Source: Tubiluchus corallicola (taxonomy: Eukaryota; Animalia; Priapulida). From it: 64,000 nt of DNA. The notes under the pieces are model-generated. The model had not been told where the DNA came from, ran no database searches, and worked only from the letters and a program-made list of their open reading frames with translations. The stretch's first letter is position 1. Every line of letters starts with the position of its first letter. Of this stretch, positions 36,101-50,400 are shown piece after piece. The stretch is taken from contig JAQGDQ010000701.1 of the NCBI GenBank assembly GCA_030141605.1, positions 46,100 through 110,099 of the forward strand. Direction: 5' to 3'. The position numbers and the translations under genes are program-made.

Positions 36101-39100
36101 TGTTTCCAAAAAAACTAGGCATTTTTTGTTTTATGTCACCATTAGAAATTCAAAATGACTAGAAATAATATGACTAGCAGGCCAATGTTGGCCAGCTTAC
36201 GCCTTTTCACTGGTCACGTGATGTTGTTTTGTTGAATTGCAACTAGATTGATACTAGAAAAGTGTGCCAACCACGAAAATGCTATTGCCAGTTATATTGC
36301 ATAACAGGCAACATTTTACATAATAGTAAATCTATTTTCCATCACGTGATGTTGTTTAAATGAATAGCAGAATTAGTTACAAAACTAGTGTACAATTGCG
36401 GCTTGTAGCTAAAATTACTGGAGGTGCTGCTTCAAAAAAATTTTAGCTATTGTTTTACCACTGTGTTAAACGAAACAAGAATACGTAATTTTGATGTTGT
36501 AACTGTAATTTTAAACAAACAAACATATGAAAATTACACATATGAAAATCCTAAACAAAAAATATTGTTTGCTTACGAATAACATAAATTGTCGGAGTTC
36601 AAAAATATGCTGGAACACAGTTTTTAAGAACGTGATAACTAGCAGCGCATACTGCATGAGCGACAGTACCCTCTACCTAAAGTGCAGTATCTTATCTCTG
36701 ACACGTGCACACGGCTGCATGTGCACAACAACCAAACACCATATTGCTTCAGTTGTGAGCGCCCTGTGAAGCAAACAGTATTATCTCACATGCTCTCGAC
36801 CGTACAAGTATAAAGAAAGAGCTAAAGAAATATTGAATATTATCGATAATATTAAGTAAAAATAGGTGGTGGTGCTTAGCACAGTACCCTTACACGAGTT
36901 GCCACTGCTTGTGTATAGTAATAATTATTAACATAGCACAAAAGCAATTTCATTTTTAAAATTCTACAGTAGTATATGTTAATTTGAATTATCATTTAAT
37001 TAAAATACGCGTAGTTCATTTGTCTTGCCGACAATTGTGAGATATTGTTTTAGTGAAGTAAATGTTATCAATTCTTTAGATCCTGCCCCGGAATCTTACT
37101 GGGAAGAGTTAGCTGAGCAGAGGCGGCTGGCATTGGCAGAAACGCTATTAGAAAATAAAGAGGTATGATTGGCAAATGGAAACAATGATTCTAGTAAATG
37201 ACTGTAGTCTCTTTTACTTGATCCCTCTGTCAAGAAAAGAAAACATGACGTGTTAATCGACCATTGCGGACTACGTCTGATATGTTATTGGATTATTTAA
37301 TGCAAACATGTGGTGTTTTCTGCTATCGTGACCGTTCGAGTTTTGACAAACGTTTCGCTTTATGAAGTTCCTAGAATAGCTGCTTTAGATTGCAGTTTAC
37401 AGGATCGCCAGCATTGGTGAATTCTTGTCTGTCTGCAGTTTTAAACTACAGTCAAACCTCAATGCTTAAAGACCCGCATTTTTAGCAAAACAAAATACTT
37501 GCATTTGCATAGACATGCATGTATTAAGGTGCCTCGTTATAAAGGCAAACTGGCTATATCGCCAAGTTCTTTGCAGTCTCAAGTAGGCCGTGTAAAGATG
37601 TTTGACTGTAAATGCACTCAAGCCTTATCCCATTAGAAAAACAGTACAAAACTAGTTCCCACACAAAAGGTCACACATCTCAAGAAGTCTTATCAGAATT
37701 GATGGCCTGCTTTCAACGATATTATGCTGTGACGTCAGCTGCGTAACACAGCTTGTTTTTGTCATGCGATGTTACTTAACTCCTTCACTGCACTATTCAA
37801 AATAGGTCTTATAGGACCTATGACTTTTCTACTACTGTATGAACACAGACATAACTAAATGATTACAAATTAGACACTATTCAAGGGGAATCTCAGCTGT
37901 CCAATCATGCTATTTGTTTAAACATTTATAAGTGATTTAATTGGATAAAATCAAGAAAAACATGCCATTCTCAGGCAGTCCAATTAGCGTATTGAGTATC
38001 TTAACCTACAACCCAAGAATGCTGCGCAGAGTTCCGGTAAAAGCCAACCAGTCCGCTAAGGAGAAATTAAGGTCGTTTCATCTTTTAGCAAGAATTTTTT
38101 CTTAAAAATTGAGTAAACTTGAGGCTAAAGTGTATCAGTCTGGATAGTTGAATTTTTCTGCATTAGCTGATTTCACACAACTGATACTGCATTTTGTTAC
38201 GGTGCAAACACTGCAGTTACTGAGAGCTTTTTTTCAATTTATTCGTCAAAAATTGATTTTTAAAGTAACCTAATGGATTTTATATGTAATTTGCATGAAA
38301 ATCTGTTGTGTGAGGAGTAGAAACCTACAAAAATTAACAATTATAACATAATCGCTGCTTAGTGAGAGCAGCTTTTCATGAACCCATGCAGCAAACGATG
38401 AAGGAGTTAATTTTGTTTCATTTCTCTTTGAAAGAGGTATTTACAGAATCTTTTGAAAGGGACAAAATACATGTATAGAGCTTTTTGAAAAAGACTTATA
38501 TAGGGCAAACTTACTTTGTGAGAGCAAGATTCAATGGGCATTAAATGATGGCTCGTATGTATATTTCATACTAGATTGTGTTATTTGTGTATGCAGGGCT
38601 AATTATGAGATGTGTTCATCATCTCCCATGAATTGTTTGAGTCTTATAGCTGTGTAACTGTGTTATTTTTACGTATTGAAGTTGTACGGAGAGAATGCTT
38701 TACTAAGAGAAGAAAACATCTCACTAAAGGAGAATCTCAAGGAAGCCAAAGACTCCCTGGAATCGCAAGCTGCATATTATAGCATCATAATAAAGGTGAG
38801 AGATCATTTTATCGATCATATATGGATGGCTGAAAAGCTCTAAATATGGCAAACCGATTAAACTAAAAAAGGACTAAAGCTATGTCTGTTTGAGGTGAAG
38901 GATTAGCACTGATAGTCAACTGATAGTGGTTGAGTTAGCAGTGGTTTTGCAAGCAGTTTTATAAACAGTCTACAGTGCATGAAAATGACTAATTAATTTC
39001 TAGCAGAAATAACAAAATGTTCACATACGGTCAACCTCGGATATAAGGGACACCTTGGGACCGGAAAAAATCGTTCCTTATATCCGATGTCCCTTATACC

Positions 39101-39754
39101 CGAAGTTGAGTCAGACCAAGGGTGTATCTAGGCCTGTACTTTTACCCTTTTACTCGAGGAAACCGAGCTGTTCGAAGGTTGAGTTTGCGAGAAATTGAGG
39201 TTGAAAATCGATCAATTTCGCTTTGATCATAGGGTCCCTTATATGCGAGGTAATTGGCCTGGGTTTCTATTACGCGAGACCTGAAGATATCGTCCCTTAT
39301 AACCGAAAGTCCCTTATATCAGAGTATGTACCTTATATACGAAGATTTTTACATAGGAAAAATGTTACGAAAAATCGGGACCGGTGTTGGTGGTCCCTTA
39401 TAAGCGAGTACCTTATACTCGAGGTTGACTGTATTTTTACTTTAAAATGTCTTACTGTTTTGCCATGGTAAAACTTATTGTGCAGCTGATACGTTTATGC
39501 AGTTGTAATAAAACTTGTAATTCATCAAAGTGACTTTTGTGATTATCAAGTAGCTTAATATTCACTAGCTCATAGTTTAACGTGTTTGGTTTTCTTAGAG
39601 TCTCTCGCAGGGATGCCAAACTGAGGCATGTATGTCCATGATTGATGATGCAAGTAGTCAGTCAGACCACCCAGCCACTTCTGCAGATCACCGGCTATCA
39701 TTAGAGAACAATGTTGCTGTAAACCAGCAAACCAGTGAGACAGATAGCGAGTGA
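33115..39754 (+). CDS. GMNN: Geminin (DNA replication licensing inhibitor), about 219 aa; exons 33115-33189, 33767-33848, 35812-35961, 37080-37162, 38682-38795, 39599-39754
   Basis: D-box RKILQEIQP (compare RRTLKMIQP), EEAFELMCQDPAPESYWEELAEQRRLALAETLLENKEL, then a coiled coil. Intron phases are consistent. The frame is open back to the acceptor at 33100, so an upstream start cannot be excluded. Confidence 0.9.
34589..35525. mobile_element. pogo/Tigger-like non-autonomous element, family D
   Basis: TA|CAGTAGGTGCCTCTTAACAGACTCAC...GTGAATCTATTAAGCAGCGCCTACTG|TA. Confidence 0.82.
36393..36907. mobile_element. hAT-type non-autonomous element, family A
   Basis: CAATTGCGGCTTGT...ACGAGTTGCCACTG with a 7/8-matching TSD CTAGTGTA / CTTGTGTA. 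Confidence 0.8.
37449..37608. mobile_element. Short Tc1/pogo-like MITE
   Basis: TA|CAGTCAAACCTC...GATGTTTGACTG|TA. Confidence 0.65.
39028..39431. mobile_element. pogo/Tigger-like MITE, family B (internally deleted)
   Basis: TA|CGGTCAACCTCGGATATAAG...TACTCGAGGTTGACTG|TA. Lacks about 80 bp of internal sequence present in the other copies. Confidence 0.85.
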
Positions 39755-40155
39755 CCAGTCCTGTATGTTGTACATCCTTATGCTATTTTCAAAGTCAGTG
39801 TCACAGGAAGAGAAATGTTACTTGCTTTCGACTTTTGACGGTGCCTCTGTTCAAATGCCGTGTGTCATAGTTGAGCACTGAGAAATGCCATATGGTGAAT
39901 TCTGCGGTGTAACTATGGGTTTGTGTAACACAACTCATGTTACGTTTTTCCTGTACATGTACCAGTAATGAATTGCAGAGCTCTACAAATAGCTTACATT
40001 TGCACCTGCACACTTTCTGAAGAGCAGAGTTATAAATTTATTTACCTGTTCAAGAAGAAACGTGTTAATTAATGTCATAAACGAATTCCATCACATGTGA
40101 CGATGAACTGTTTTAATTTTAAGGCATTGAATTATCAACAGAATTCTGTTGTCGT

Positions 40156-40440
40156 GTTACCATTGTTAGAAGCACAGTTGGGATGCAAGTTGAAAGTAGG
40201 TTTTCTGTTCTCCTGTTACCATTGTTAGAAGCACACTTGGGATGCAAGTTGAAAATAGGTTTTCTGTTCTCCTGTTACCATTGTTAGAAGCACAGTTGGG
40301 ATGCAAGTTGAAAGTAGGTTTTCTGTTCTCCTGTTGCCATTGTTAGAAGCACAGTTGGGATGCAAGTTGAAAGTAAGTTTTCTGTTCTCCTGTTACCATT
40401 GTTAGAAGCACAGTTGAGATGCAAGTTGAAAGTAGGTTTT
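40156..40440. repeat. 59-bp minisatellite, about 5 copies, downstream of the geminin stop
   Basis: GTTACCATTGTTAGAAGCACAGTTGGGATGCAAGTTGAAAGTAGGTTTTCTGTTCTCCT at 59-bp intervals. Confidence 0.92.
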
Positions 40441-40652
40441 AAATATTACGAACCGCATTGTAAATTTCTTCAGCAAACGAATTTCATGAAGTTTGCGCTC
40501 AAGGTATATTCTTCATTATTTTGTCACACTGGTTGACACTGTGTAAAACGGATCGTAATTTATTATGGCATATTTAACATTTCTATTTGTATCTCTAGGA
40601 TACTAAATCTTTACTGTAATAAGTTTTTGTAAATGTCATTATAAAAGGTGTA

Positions 40653-41038
40653 CAGTGTTCCCTCGCTACTTCGCGTTTCGTTTATCACGGACTCTCTGTT
40701 TCGCGGGTTTTCAAAAATATTAATGTAAAATATTTATCACGGTATTTTCGCTGTTTCGCGGCTTTTTGCGTACTCCGTCTAAAGTATTTTTGCACATGCG
40801 TAATACGTATTGTACAGTAATGTATAGATTTGATGAATTTTGCATAAAAAATCACAATTTTGTGAACATTTAAGTAAAGTTTTTTCAAAGGTACATGTAC
40901 AGTATGTGAAAAGTTATTAAGGGAATAGGAAAGGGTTATGTATAAGAGTGTGGGGAGGGTTTATAAAGACTTAAAATAATGTATAACTATCGCGGGTGGG
41001 CCTGGAACGGAACACTCGCGATAAGTGAGGGAACACTG
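40653..41038. mobile_element. pogo/Tigger-like MITE, family G
   Basis: TA|CAGTGTTCCCTCGCTACTTCGCG...CGCGATAAGTGAGGGAACACTG|TA. Inverted copy at 48364-48834. Confidence 0.85.
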
Positions 41039-41409
41039 TAATCGTAAAGGTATAAACTTTAATAAATGTGTATAGTTTCATTTTTGTATGAAATTTTCCA
41101 AATCTAGTTCTTCTAAATTTAGCAATGTAGATTTTTATTAATGATTTTATTTGTTTACAACACACAATAAACGTTTTATCACAATAATTCTGAATGCCTT
41201 AATTATAATTATAAAAGTAACCTTCAAAACAAATGCAAAAGTGATAATAATTTTGAACAAGCTCAAACCTAATTTTATAGTACTCGTTGTCGAAGAATGT
41301 ATACGTTTAAGTCTATAATAGTCAACTTCAAAGAAAGTTATGTTCATTTCAAGTTTTTTTGCAGACACAAAATCTCGACTTCTCATCAACCGCTTCACAG
41401 GGAAAATAA

Positions 41410-44400
41410 TTAAAGCTCAGTTAATTTCTTTTGCGCCTTTATTTTCTTATGCGGCTTCCAGTTTTTCGTCAAACCATTGGAATTTTTTACAAATTTCTGA
41501 AAGATTATAAATACACTCTTGTAAATTATCTAAATCACATTGCTTACATTATTTATACCATTTATTCGTATCCTTATGCTGTACAACAAATACACACACG
41601 GAAACAACACATGATAAGAACTGTGATGTAAATTCGTTCAATCTCTGCATACTAAAGGAAAAGAAGGTCTGTTAAAGCAAAGTAAAAAAATAATAAAAAA
41701 TAACAACAACAATAATAATAATAAGTTAATAATGGTAATGATGATGATGATAATAATAAGTTAATAAAAACACTATAGCAATTTGCCATGCTATCTGACA
41801 TTTATCGAGGGATAAGTTTTTTCCAAGAACAGGATTATTTAAATTTCATAATAAAACTACATAGAAAAAGTTATTGAATTGATTAATTCACCAGATATGT
41901 TGAATTGGCATACACTAAGAAGGGCCATTTCATCTGAAGTTATGAAAGCCCAGAAGGTCTCAATGAACTAGAGTTCTTCAAAGCTGTTGAGGTAATGCAT
42001 TGTTTTAACTTCAATGTTCTTTGTTTGGCATGAATTTTCATTTCAAATATTGAAGATCGCTTGGAAATCAATAGTACATTGTTAACTCTTCATGATTATG
42101 AATATTTGGGCGGTTTTGTCATCCCCGAATAAATGGCCCATAACGATCTAACTTCGTGACATACTAGTGCAAACCTTTATATTTTCTCAAATAGAATTAA
42201 ATTTTCTTTCTAGCACTCTAAATTTAATGTTCAGATATTGTTTCTATGGAGTAATTAGCAGGAAATTTGAAAAGTTTGCATTTCAAGTTTGAGTTTCAAA
42301 TTTGAGTTTTCATTTCAAAGCCTTGCAGCTTCCAAGAGACATCTTGTATCTAAAACTGTTCAATATAAAAACTGCAGAGCACTCAAATCACTCTAATTTG
42401 TATATCTAATAACTGTTCAAACAGCCTAAAACATGAAATTTCTACTCATGTTACAAAACTTGCCGCACTCGAATCTGCCCTGAGCTGGCTACGCATGACA
42501 ACATCCAAGTTTGTTCAGAGTACCGCTCACTGTCAGCACTTGCTGCTGTTACATTATGTGACCACACACCCAGATTACAATGAAAAATACCTTGGCATGC
42601 AATAAGCTGTGTTAATGAGCTCAGGGCTGATCAACGTTCGCTGCTATGTAGTGATACTGTACTGCAGTACCCCTGACATCACTACGCCACTTAAATCAGG
42701 GGAAGAAAAGGCAATGTTAAATTATGACCCAAAAAACTTTCCGTGCAAATCTGTATTACTTAGCATTTCACTTACCTGCTGGAAAGACTTATGTAACTAG
42801 ACTAATAATTTAAAATGTTTGTGCCAATTGGTAAAATCTCGCTGACTCACCCTCCAGGGTGCGCCATTCACTAGCCAAAAACGTATTTTTAATCTTATTG
42901 ACAAGATACGGTAATTTAAAATTTGACTTAATTAGCAATATGTATGCTAAGAATGCTCTGATTATTTTTTAAAACTTTATTTAATGTTATCAAAACTCGT
43001 CGCGGGAGTTTAAATTTACACGTTTTATACAGCGTTATGGTCGATGCAAGCCATGCATACGAAAAGGTAGTACGTAAGTGGTATGAAATTTCGAGACAAA
43101 TTTTTTAAGCTTTATGTATGTGGAGGGTTTTCTTGTGATTTAAGAGAGCTGTCAGTCATAGTATCTTGGAAGAACCAAGCAGGAAGACGAACAAGAACTT
43201 ATTCAAATTACAGTGTGCTAAATTCAACCCCCAGTCATGACTTACCATTAAACTCACACTCATGTAATATGGTTTAGTTTGTCCATCGTTGTGAGCCATG
43301 TCTTCGCAGAAGCAAATAAACAGTGTGTCAATCACCATTTCATAGACGCTGACAAACATGCGAACAGCCAAGTAGGCAAAGATGCAACCGATCGCTACGG
43401 GAACCACTCGATTGTAGAAGAAAATGTCCATGTACTAAAAAATGTCAATATACATATTGTAAAATGTATCTTAACGTTTTTTTACTAATTCAACTTCCTA
43501 TTTGTTGAATTAGAGTGAATTTACTTTGATATTTGGCACAAGCATCTATGCACAAGTTGATTAAAGTGGTGTTTTTGTAACTTGCAGATCTGGATAAGTT
43601 TTGGGAAGTGCAGAATAGATAAAATAGCTTTAGGTTTACATTGTTTTCAATGCACCCGTTTATACAGCCTACGTATGTGTTATTCTTTTTCTATTTCCTA
43701 TTGATTTTTTCGCAGGGTGGAAATGCATACACACACGCAAGTTACGTAAACACCACTTAAAGGGCAAGAAGAGGGTTACCTGAAGTAGGTTTCAGAAAAA
43801 TCACCTTGAAAATTTTATACTAGTTTACAGCAGTTTCATGCACATATTGTACTCGCGTTGAAAGGAATTCTTGTTTGTTTTAATTTTAAATCTCCCGCAA
43901 TACTGTTTCAACTGTTCCAACCGCGCCATTACATGATGTCACTATGCAAAAATAAATTAGGGGAACAAAAGGAAATGTTAAACTATTTCACAAAAAACTT
44001 TGCATGCAAATCTATATTACATAGCATTTCGCTTACCTGCTAAAACGACTTGTGTAACTAGAAATAATAATTTAATATGCTTTCAGCAATTGGTAAACTG
44101 TTGCTGACTCACCCTCCAGGGTGCACCACTCACTAACCAAAAACGTATTTTTAATCTTATTGACAAGATACAGTAATTTAAAATTTTACTTAGTTAGTAA
44201 CGTGCGATCGAATGCTATCATTATTTTTTCAAACTTTACTTAATGTTATCCAAACTTGTTTCAAATGACCTACCATCAAAATGGCTGCACTTAATGATCA
44301 CCGCGGGAATTTAAATTTACATGTTTTATACAGCGTTACTGCTGATTGAAGTCCTGCATGCAAAAAGACAGTATGTAAGTGGTATAAAATTTCAAGACGA

Positions 44401-47400
44401 ATTTTTAGAGCTTTATGTAAGTGGAGGATTTTCTTGTGCTTTAAGTCACTCAGCTATTACTTCGTTTTCACTTTAAATGAGAACCGTACTGCAATAAAAG
44501 TTCGAGTTATTAAAACGATGCAAATTTGGAAATACAAACAAACTATTCTATGAGCTAAGCAGATTCATAAGTTTTAGAAAAAAAATGAAGGTGATGGTAA
44601 TGACTACCGATGAAGGTCAAATGCTTGTTTAAGTCAAGTGATATTGCTAGATGTGAAATTAATGTGAATATTATATTAACAGTCGTTAATTCTTATATTA
44701 AAGAACTATTATCAAAGTTATGTTACATAGGGAACTAGGGATTGCATGTTTATTTATTTATTTATGAGTATATTTAATTTATATGTACTTAAAAATTACA
44801 TACTGTAATAATATAGTATTAATTACATACCCAAAAATTACATACTTTATTGGGGTTCAACTTCACAATAAGCACAAGAGTTGTGCAAAATTATTTAAGC
44901 TTCGAATGCTAAACATGGATCAGTAAAATCATTGCATGTTAGTTTTAGCAATAGCATGACATTGGGTTTGTAATGCAGCACAAGACTTTACATGCAAAAG
45001 CAAACACTAGCACAGAAAGTCCTCTCTTAATGATGACTCACAGTTTAGCAACATTTCACTTTAACGATGCTGAACATTTGACACCTTTTTTTTACTTAAT
45101 GACACGGGTTTCGTTTTAACGAAAATCTTTTTAATTTGTTCAAATCTATTTTTATTCTATCAGCAACATTCTTGCCTGGTCTGAAGCATTGGAACAGCCC
45201 ATATTGCGTTGTTCTGTTCTAAAAATGCATTAGTAATTAGAAAAATGCAATTATTATAATGTTCGTATTTTTGAACTGAATACTAAATATTAAGTAGCTA
45301 CATAAGTGTCCCAAGGTTGCCCCAGGGCTTGGTTTTGTCCATGCAGTGGTTATTGTTTAACCACTGCCTAGGCTTCAGCATTAAACCAAGCGACACTGTT
45401 AGCTAGGTATTGGTAGGAAAGATATGTGTGTCACGCAAGCAGAAAAAAATTTGTCAGCAGAAATATGAATAAAACTCATAAAACATTTAATTTGTGTTTG
45501 AAGCAGCATGGATGTTTGCCTCTTGAACGCATCTCAATTCTTTTATATTGGTTTCTATGGAAGTCTTGGCTTCATTTAATGATGGAATGCATTAAGGTCG
45601 TTAAGTGAAGACTTAGTGTATCTGGTATTTTTAATTATCATACGTCAATAAGAAAGTATCCAATAATCCCCGTCAGTGCAACACATATAATCTTGGTGAT
45701 GGTAAGAACAAGTGCTCCAACTGATTTCAATGCAGCCACTCCAACTGCATTGTCTAGAATAATGAAGAATGCCTTCTTGGCAGCTTGCCAAAATCCCAGA
45801 CCATATATGGCTGAAACAAGAAAAGGTTAAAAATTATAATCTTGCAAACTCGTCTGATTGGAGTATTTTCGCTAACTACACTATTTCAAGGTGGGTTTCT
45901 CCATCTATCTCTTAAAGAAATACAAGCTATTTTTCTCTGATGGTTGTTTGCAACAAAGGACAATATCTCAGTGAAAAGCGTGAAACTTTGCAATAATCTC
46001 ATATGTTATATTATATGCCCCATATGTTAGTAGCTCATCTGTACCTAATACAGGTTTACGGAAATCGTGAAGCGTTTTAGATCAAGATTCGAAGTAACTA
46101 GCCGAATGAAAAATTATGAAAAATAAATCCCCATCGCAACACTAGAACTGAGTAGTTCAACAGAACCATTTCTTTTGAACAGTAATACATTGAAGATTAA
46201 TTTTGCTTGTACCTTAGTTTTTGTGACAGCTTTGTGATTGAGTTCTCAGATACTGATCGCAAAACATATGATTTTACTTGCCCACCATTATCACCCATCT
46301 TATTCCAATAATTACAGTCAACCTCGGATATAAGGGACAACTCCGGACCAGAAAAAACCGTTCCTTATATACGATGTCCCTTATAGCCGAAGTCGAGTCA
46401 GACCGAGGGTGTATCTAGACCTGTAATTTTACCCATATTTTTATGGATTATTGCTACACATTCAGTGCAAACGGCATGTAGGAAGCTTCATAGGATGCGA
46501 GATGTATGTGACCGCGGAAACCGCGGTTGTTCGAAGGCCGAGTTTGTGAAAAAATGAAGTAAAATTCGATCAAACTACGAAAGGTTGTGTTCGACACGCA
46601 GCCCACAAGGTCTCAATGAACTAGAGTTCTTCAAAGCTGTTGAGGTAATGCATTGTTTTAACTTCAATGTTCTTTGTTTGGCATCAATTTTCATTTGAAA
46701 TATTGAAGATCGCTTGGAAATCAATAGTACATTGTTAACTCTTCATGATTATGAATATTTGGGCGGTTTTGTCATCCCCGAATAAATGGCCCATAATGAT
46801 CTAACTTCGTGACATACTAGTGCAAACCTTTACATTTTCTGAAACTGGATTAAATTTTCTTTCTAGCACTCTAAATTTAACGTTCAGATATTGTTTCTAA
46901 GGAGTATTTAGTAGGAAATTTGTAAAATTTGCAAAATTTTCACAGAGTTTTCATTCCAAAGCCTTCCAGGAGACATCTTGTATCTAAAACTGTTCAACAT
47001 AAAAACTCAAATCACTCTAATTTGTATATACAGTCAACCTCGGATATAAGGGACAACTCTAGACTGGAAAAAACGTCCCTTATATCCGATGTCCTTTATA
47101 GCTGAAGTCGAGTCAGACCGAGGGTGTATCTAGACCTGTACTTTTACCCATATTTTATGGATTATTGCTACACATTCAGTGCAAACGGTATGTAGGAAGC
47201 TCCTTCAGTGATGCGAGATGTATGTGATCGCAGAAACCGAGCTGTTCGAAGGCTGAGTTTGCGAAAATCAATTTCGCTTTGATCATAGGGTCCCTTATAT
47301 GCGCGGTAATTTACCTGGGTTTCTATTACGCGGGACCTGAAGATATCGTCCCTTATAACCAAAAGTCCCTTATATCCGAGTACCTTATATAGGAAGATTT

Positions 47401-50400
47401 TTACATACGAAAAACATTACGAGAAATCGGGATCGGTGTTGGTGGTCCCTTATAAGCGAGTACCTTATACTCAAGGTTGACTTTATTCATATTGACTAAC
47501 ATGCATTTGAATTTTATAATAGGCCTATAAAAATATATTAATATTATCTTCAATGTTAATAATATTTTTATGATGAATTAATTAATGACCACCTGTACCA
47601 AGCCACCAAAAGTAAATTCTGTAAATATAACAATATATCAATGCAGTGTTTTTACGACTCTCATAGTCATACACCGCCCTCATACATTTTCTTCTATAAA
47701 TAACAGTTTCATTACGTCAAAAACAAATAGGTCTAGTATAACTACCAAGCATTTTACTGAATTCAAATCAAATTATAATTGACATGCATAAATTTGAACA
47801 AGATTAGAGACAGTGTATGGTAGAAAGCTATGTTGACTTATCTAGGCCTATTGTATGGGCCTAATTAGTCAGTTTTTGTAAAAGAAAATAACACATCTAT
47901 CTTTATATTTTCTATATAGTTCAAAATTTAACACAATTTTCGTAACACTGCAAAAATGGCCAACTTGGTTTATATCATCGAACCTGGCGCATTATCACCA
48001 TTAGCATCAATTCATTATCATTGTCATCACCATCACCATTGTCATTAGCACTAATATCACCATCGTTGTCATCATTATCAACACCAATTATCATTTTTTT
48101 GCATCTATTTTCTTCGCTCTACTTAACATATTTTTTTAGTTGTTGTTTATGTCATTAATTAAGTCTTATCCATGTTGAGCATTGCTCATAAGTTAATTTC
48201 TACTGCTGCGCACGTAGCACTGTAATGCATTGTTAATTTGTAATTGTATATGTGCTTAATGCATGAATAAATAAACCTTGACAAGAGGTTTCTTCAGTCT
48301 AACATAAGATACAAATATTGGTTAATGTTTCTCGGCAGATTGGGATATTTGGACATGATTATACAGTGTTCCCTCACTTATCACAGGTGTTCCGTTGCTG
48401 GCCCACTCGCGATAAGTGAATTTCCGCGAAGTAGGGACGCTATACCTATTTGTACACAATCGTGTGTTGTGTACAAGCTCACGTCGGCAAGTAGCACCTC
48501 AAGCGGGCGCAAGTACTACATTTCGTTTTTGGTGTGTATTCATCTGCCGAATAAATATACTATTTACTGTAAATGGTAATTTTTTATGATTTATAATATT
48601 CTTTTAATGTTAGAATTAATATTTTTAATATATTTTTATACATTTTGTGATTTTTTTATGCAAAATTCATCAAATCTAAACATTACTGTACAATACGTAC
48701 TACGCATGTGCAAAAATACTTTAGACGGAGTACCGCAAAAACCAGCGAAATGGCGAAATACCGGGATAAATATTTTACATTAATATGTTTGAAAACCCGC
48801 GATAAACGAACCGCGAAGTAGCGAGGGAACACTGTACACTATTTGTTATTAAATGATGTCAACTCCTAGTGGAGTTTTTAGCACTGGGAACTTAGACGGA
48901 GAATTAACCTTGAATGCTCCTCTGTTTTATTCATAAAAAACAAAATATATTCAATAACATTTCTATATTTTACTTATATCTATATCTCTTACCGATTTCA
49001 ATGTAAGCGTTGCGGTTGATGAATTTCAAGATTTTCTCAAAACACCACAGACAACAAGTCAGACATTTATGGATGTACTGTGTAGCTTTATTACTTTGAT
49101 TTCCAAGCCTAAAAAATAACAAGTTTGTGACACTGAGATTATTATTGCAGTAACTGGATATGAAAAGTTCACACACTGCAATCACAAAATCTTTCATGAA
49201 ACGACTAGTTGGTAAAGTTTTGCTTAACTTAAATAGGAGGCGAATTCATATATATATATATTTATATCTGATGATGCAGGTGTAATGCAGTTTTAATGGC
49301 ATTTAAATGCTTTTATGGAACCAGTTAAGGGAGAAGAATCATTGTCTCCCTTTGTTTGACTTTCAGCCCTTCCATTCTCTCCTTAAAACACAACTGAAAT
49401 AATGTCTTTTACGTTTGGAAACAGATATCACTCAAAAGCCACACAATAGGCATTTTCCGCATAATGGAATTTTTGTTGAATCGAAAAATTCTATGTCCCT
49501 CTTTTAAATACTAAACCTTGATTCAATATGTGTTGGGGGAAAGGGCAGTCAAAAACACAAAAGATACAAGAAAAGTGGATGCTAAGAACCTAGAGTCACC
49601 AACATATGTCAAAGATCTGATGGTAATTATTGTCACCACATTGCCAATGATCAAAAAAACTTATCGGCAAAACCTATCAATAAAAAAGAGCTGGATCTGT
49701 GTATTCTATTGAACTGTAGCACACCAAGATGCATATTGTAACTTGTAAAACTTGACTTCTCATATACATATTGGTGTGCAATCTTATGCCAGGGAAAGCA
49801 AAAAAATCCAAAATTCAACTGTGGCGCTGTAAGATTGTATGCTACAAGAAGGCAATCTTGTTATAGTTCTGTCATGTTGATTGGTAGCTCAGCTGGCAGT
49901 GCATGGAAATAGTAATCCCAGGTCTCGGGTTGAAATCCCGACTAGTCCACAATTTTTTAGCGTCTCTTTTCTTTCTTCAACTCATTACCCACAATGGGTA
50001 ATAATTGGTAAAATAAACCGCAATTGTTTATAAACATTCTGCCAATCACAGTCATAATCTAGTTAACAAAATAATATCAAATATATTAGTATACTGTCAT
50101 GATTATTCACTTTACTCCCAATGTGACACTTTTACGAGGTGTTTTAATCACCAAAATGTGGGTGGGTAAACGGTCAAAATCGGCAAGGAAAAAGAACTCG
50201 TTTAGGAACGAGTATCGAACTGGCTGCGATGTACCACACAATCGCTTTGATGGTATTCTTCACTTCTGTCACCAAGCACATGCCATAAATCATTTCAAAT
50301 AATTATAAATTGATATGACTGCAAGTAGTGCAGTTACACACTTGCATTGTTGTTTTAACTTGCACCTAGATGGATGACAAAAAATTACGCAGTCACCATA

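Noticed and set aside
47990-48110. CAT/CAC-rich tract that could encode an Asp/Gly/Asn-rich peptide
   Set aside because: Low-complexity decayed trinucleotide repeat with no compatible splice sites.
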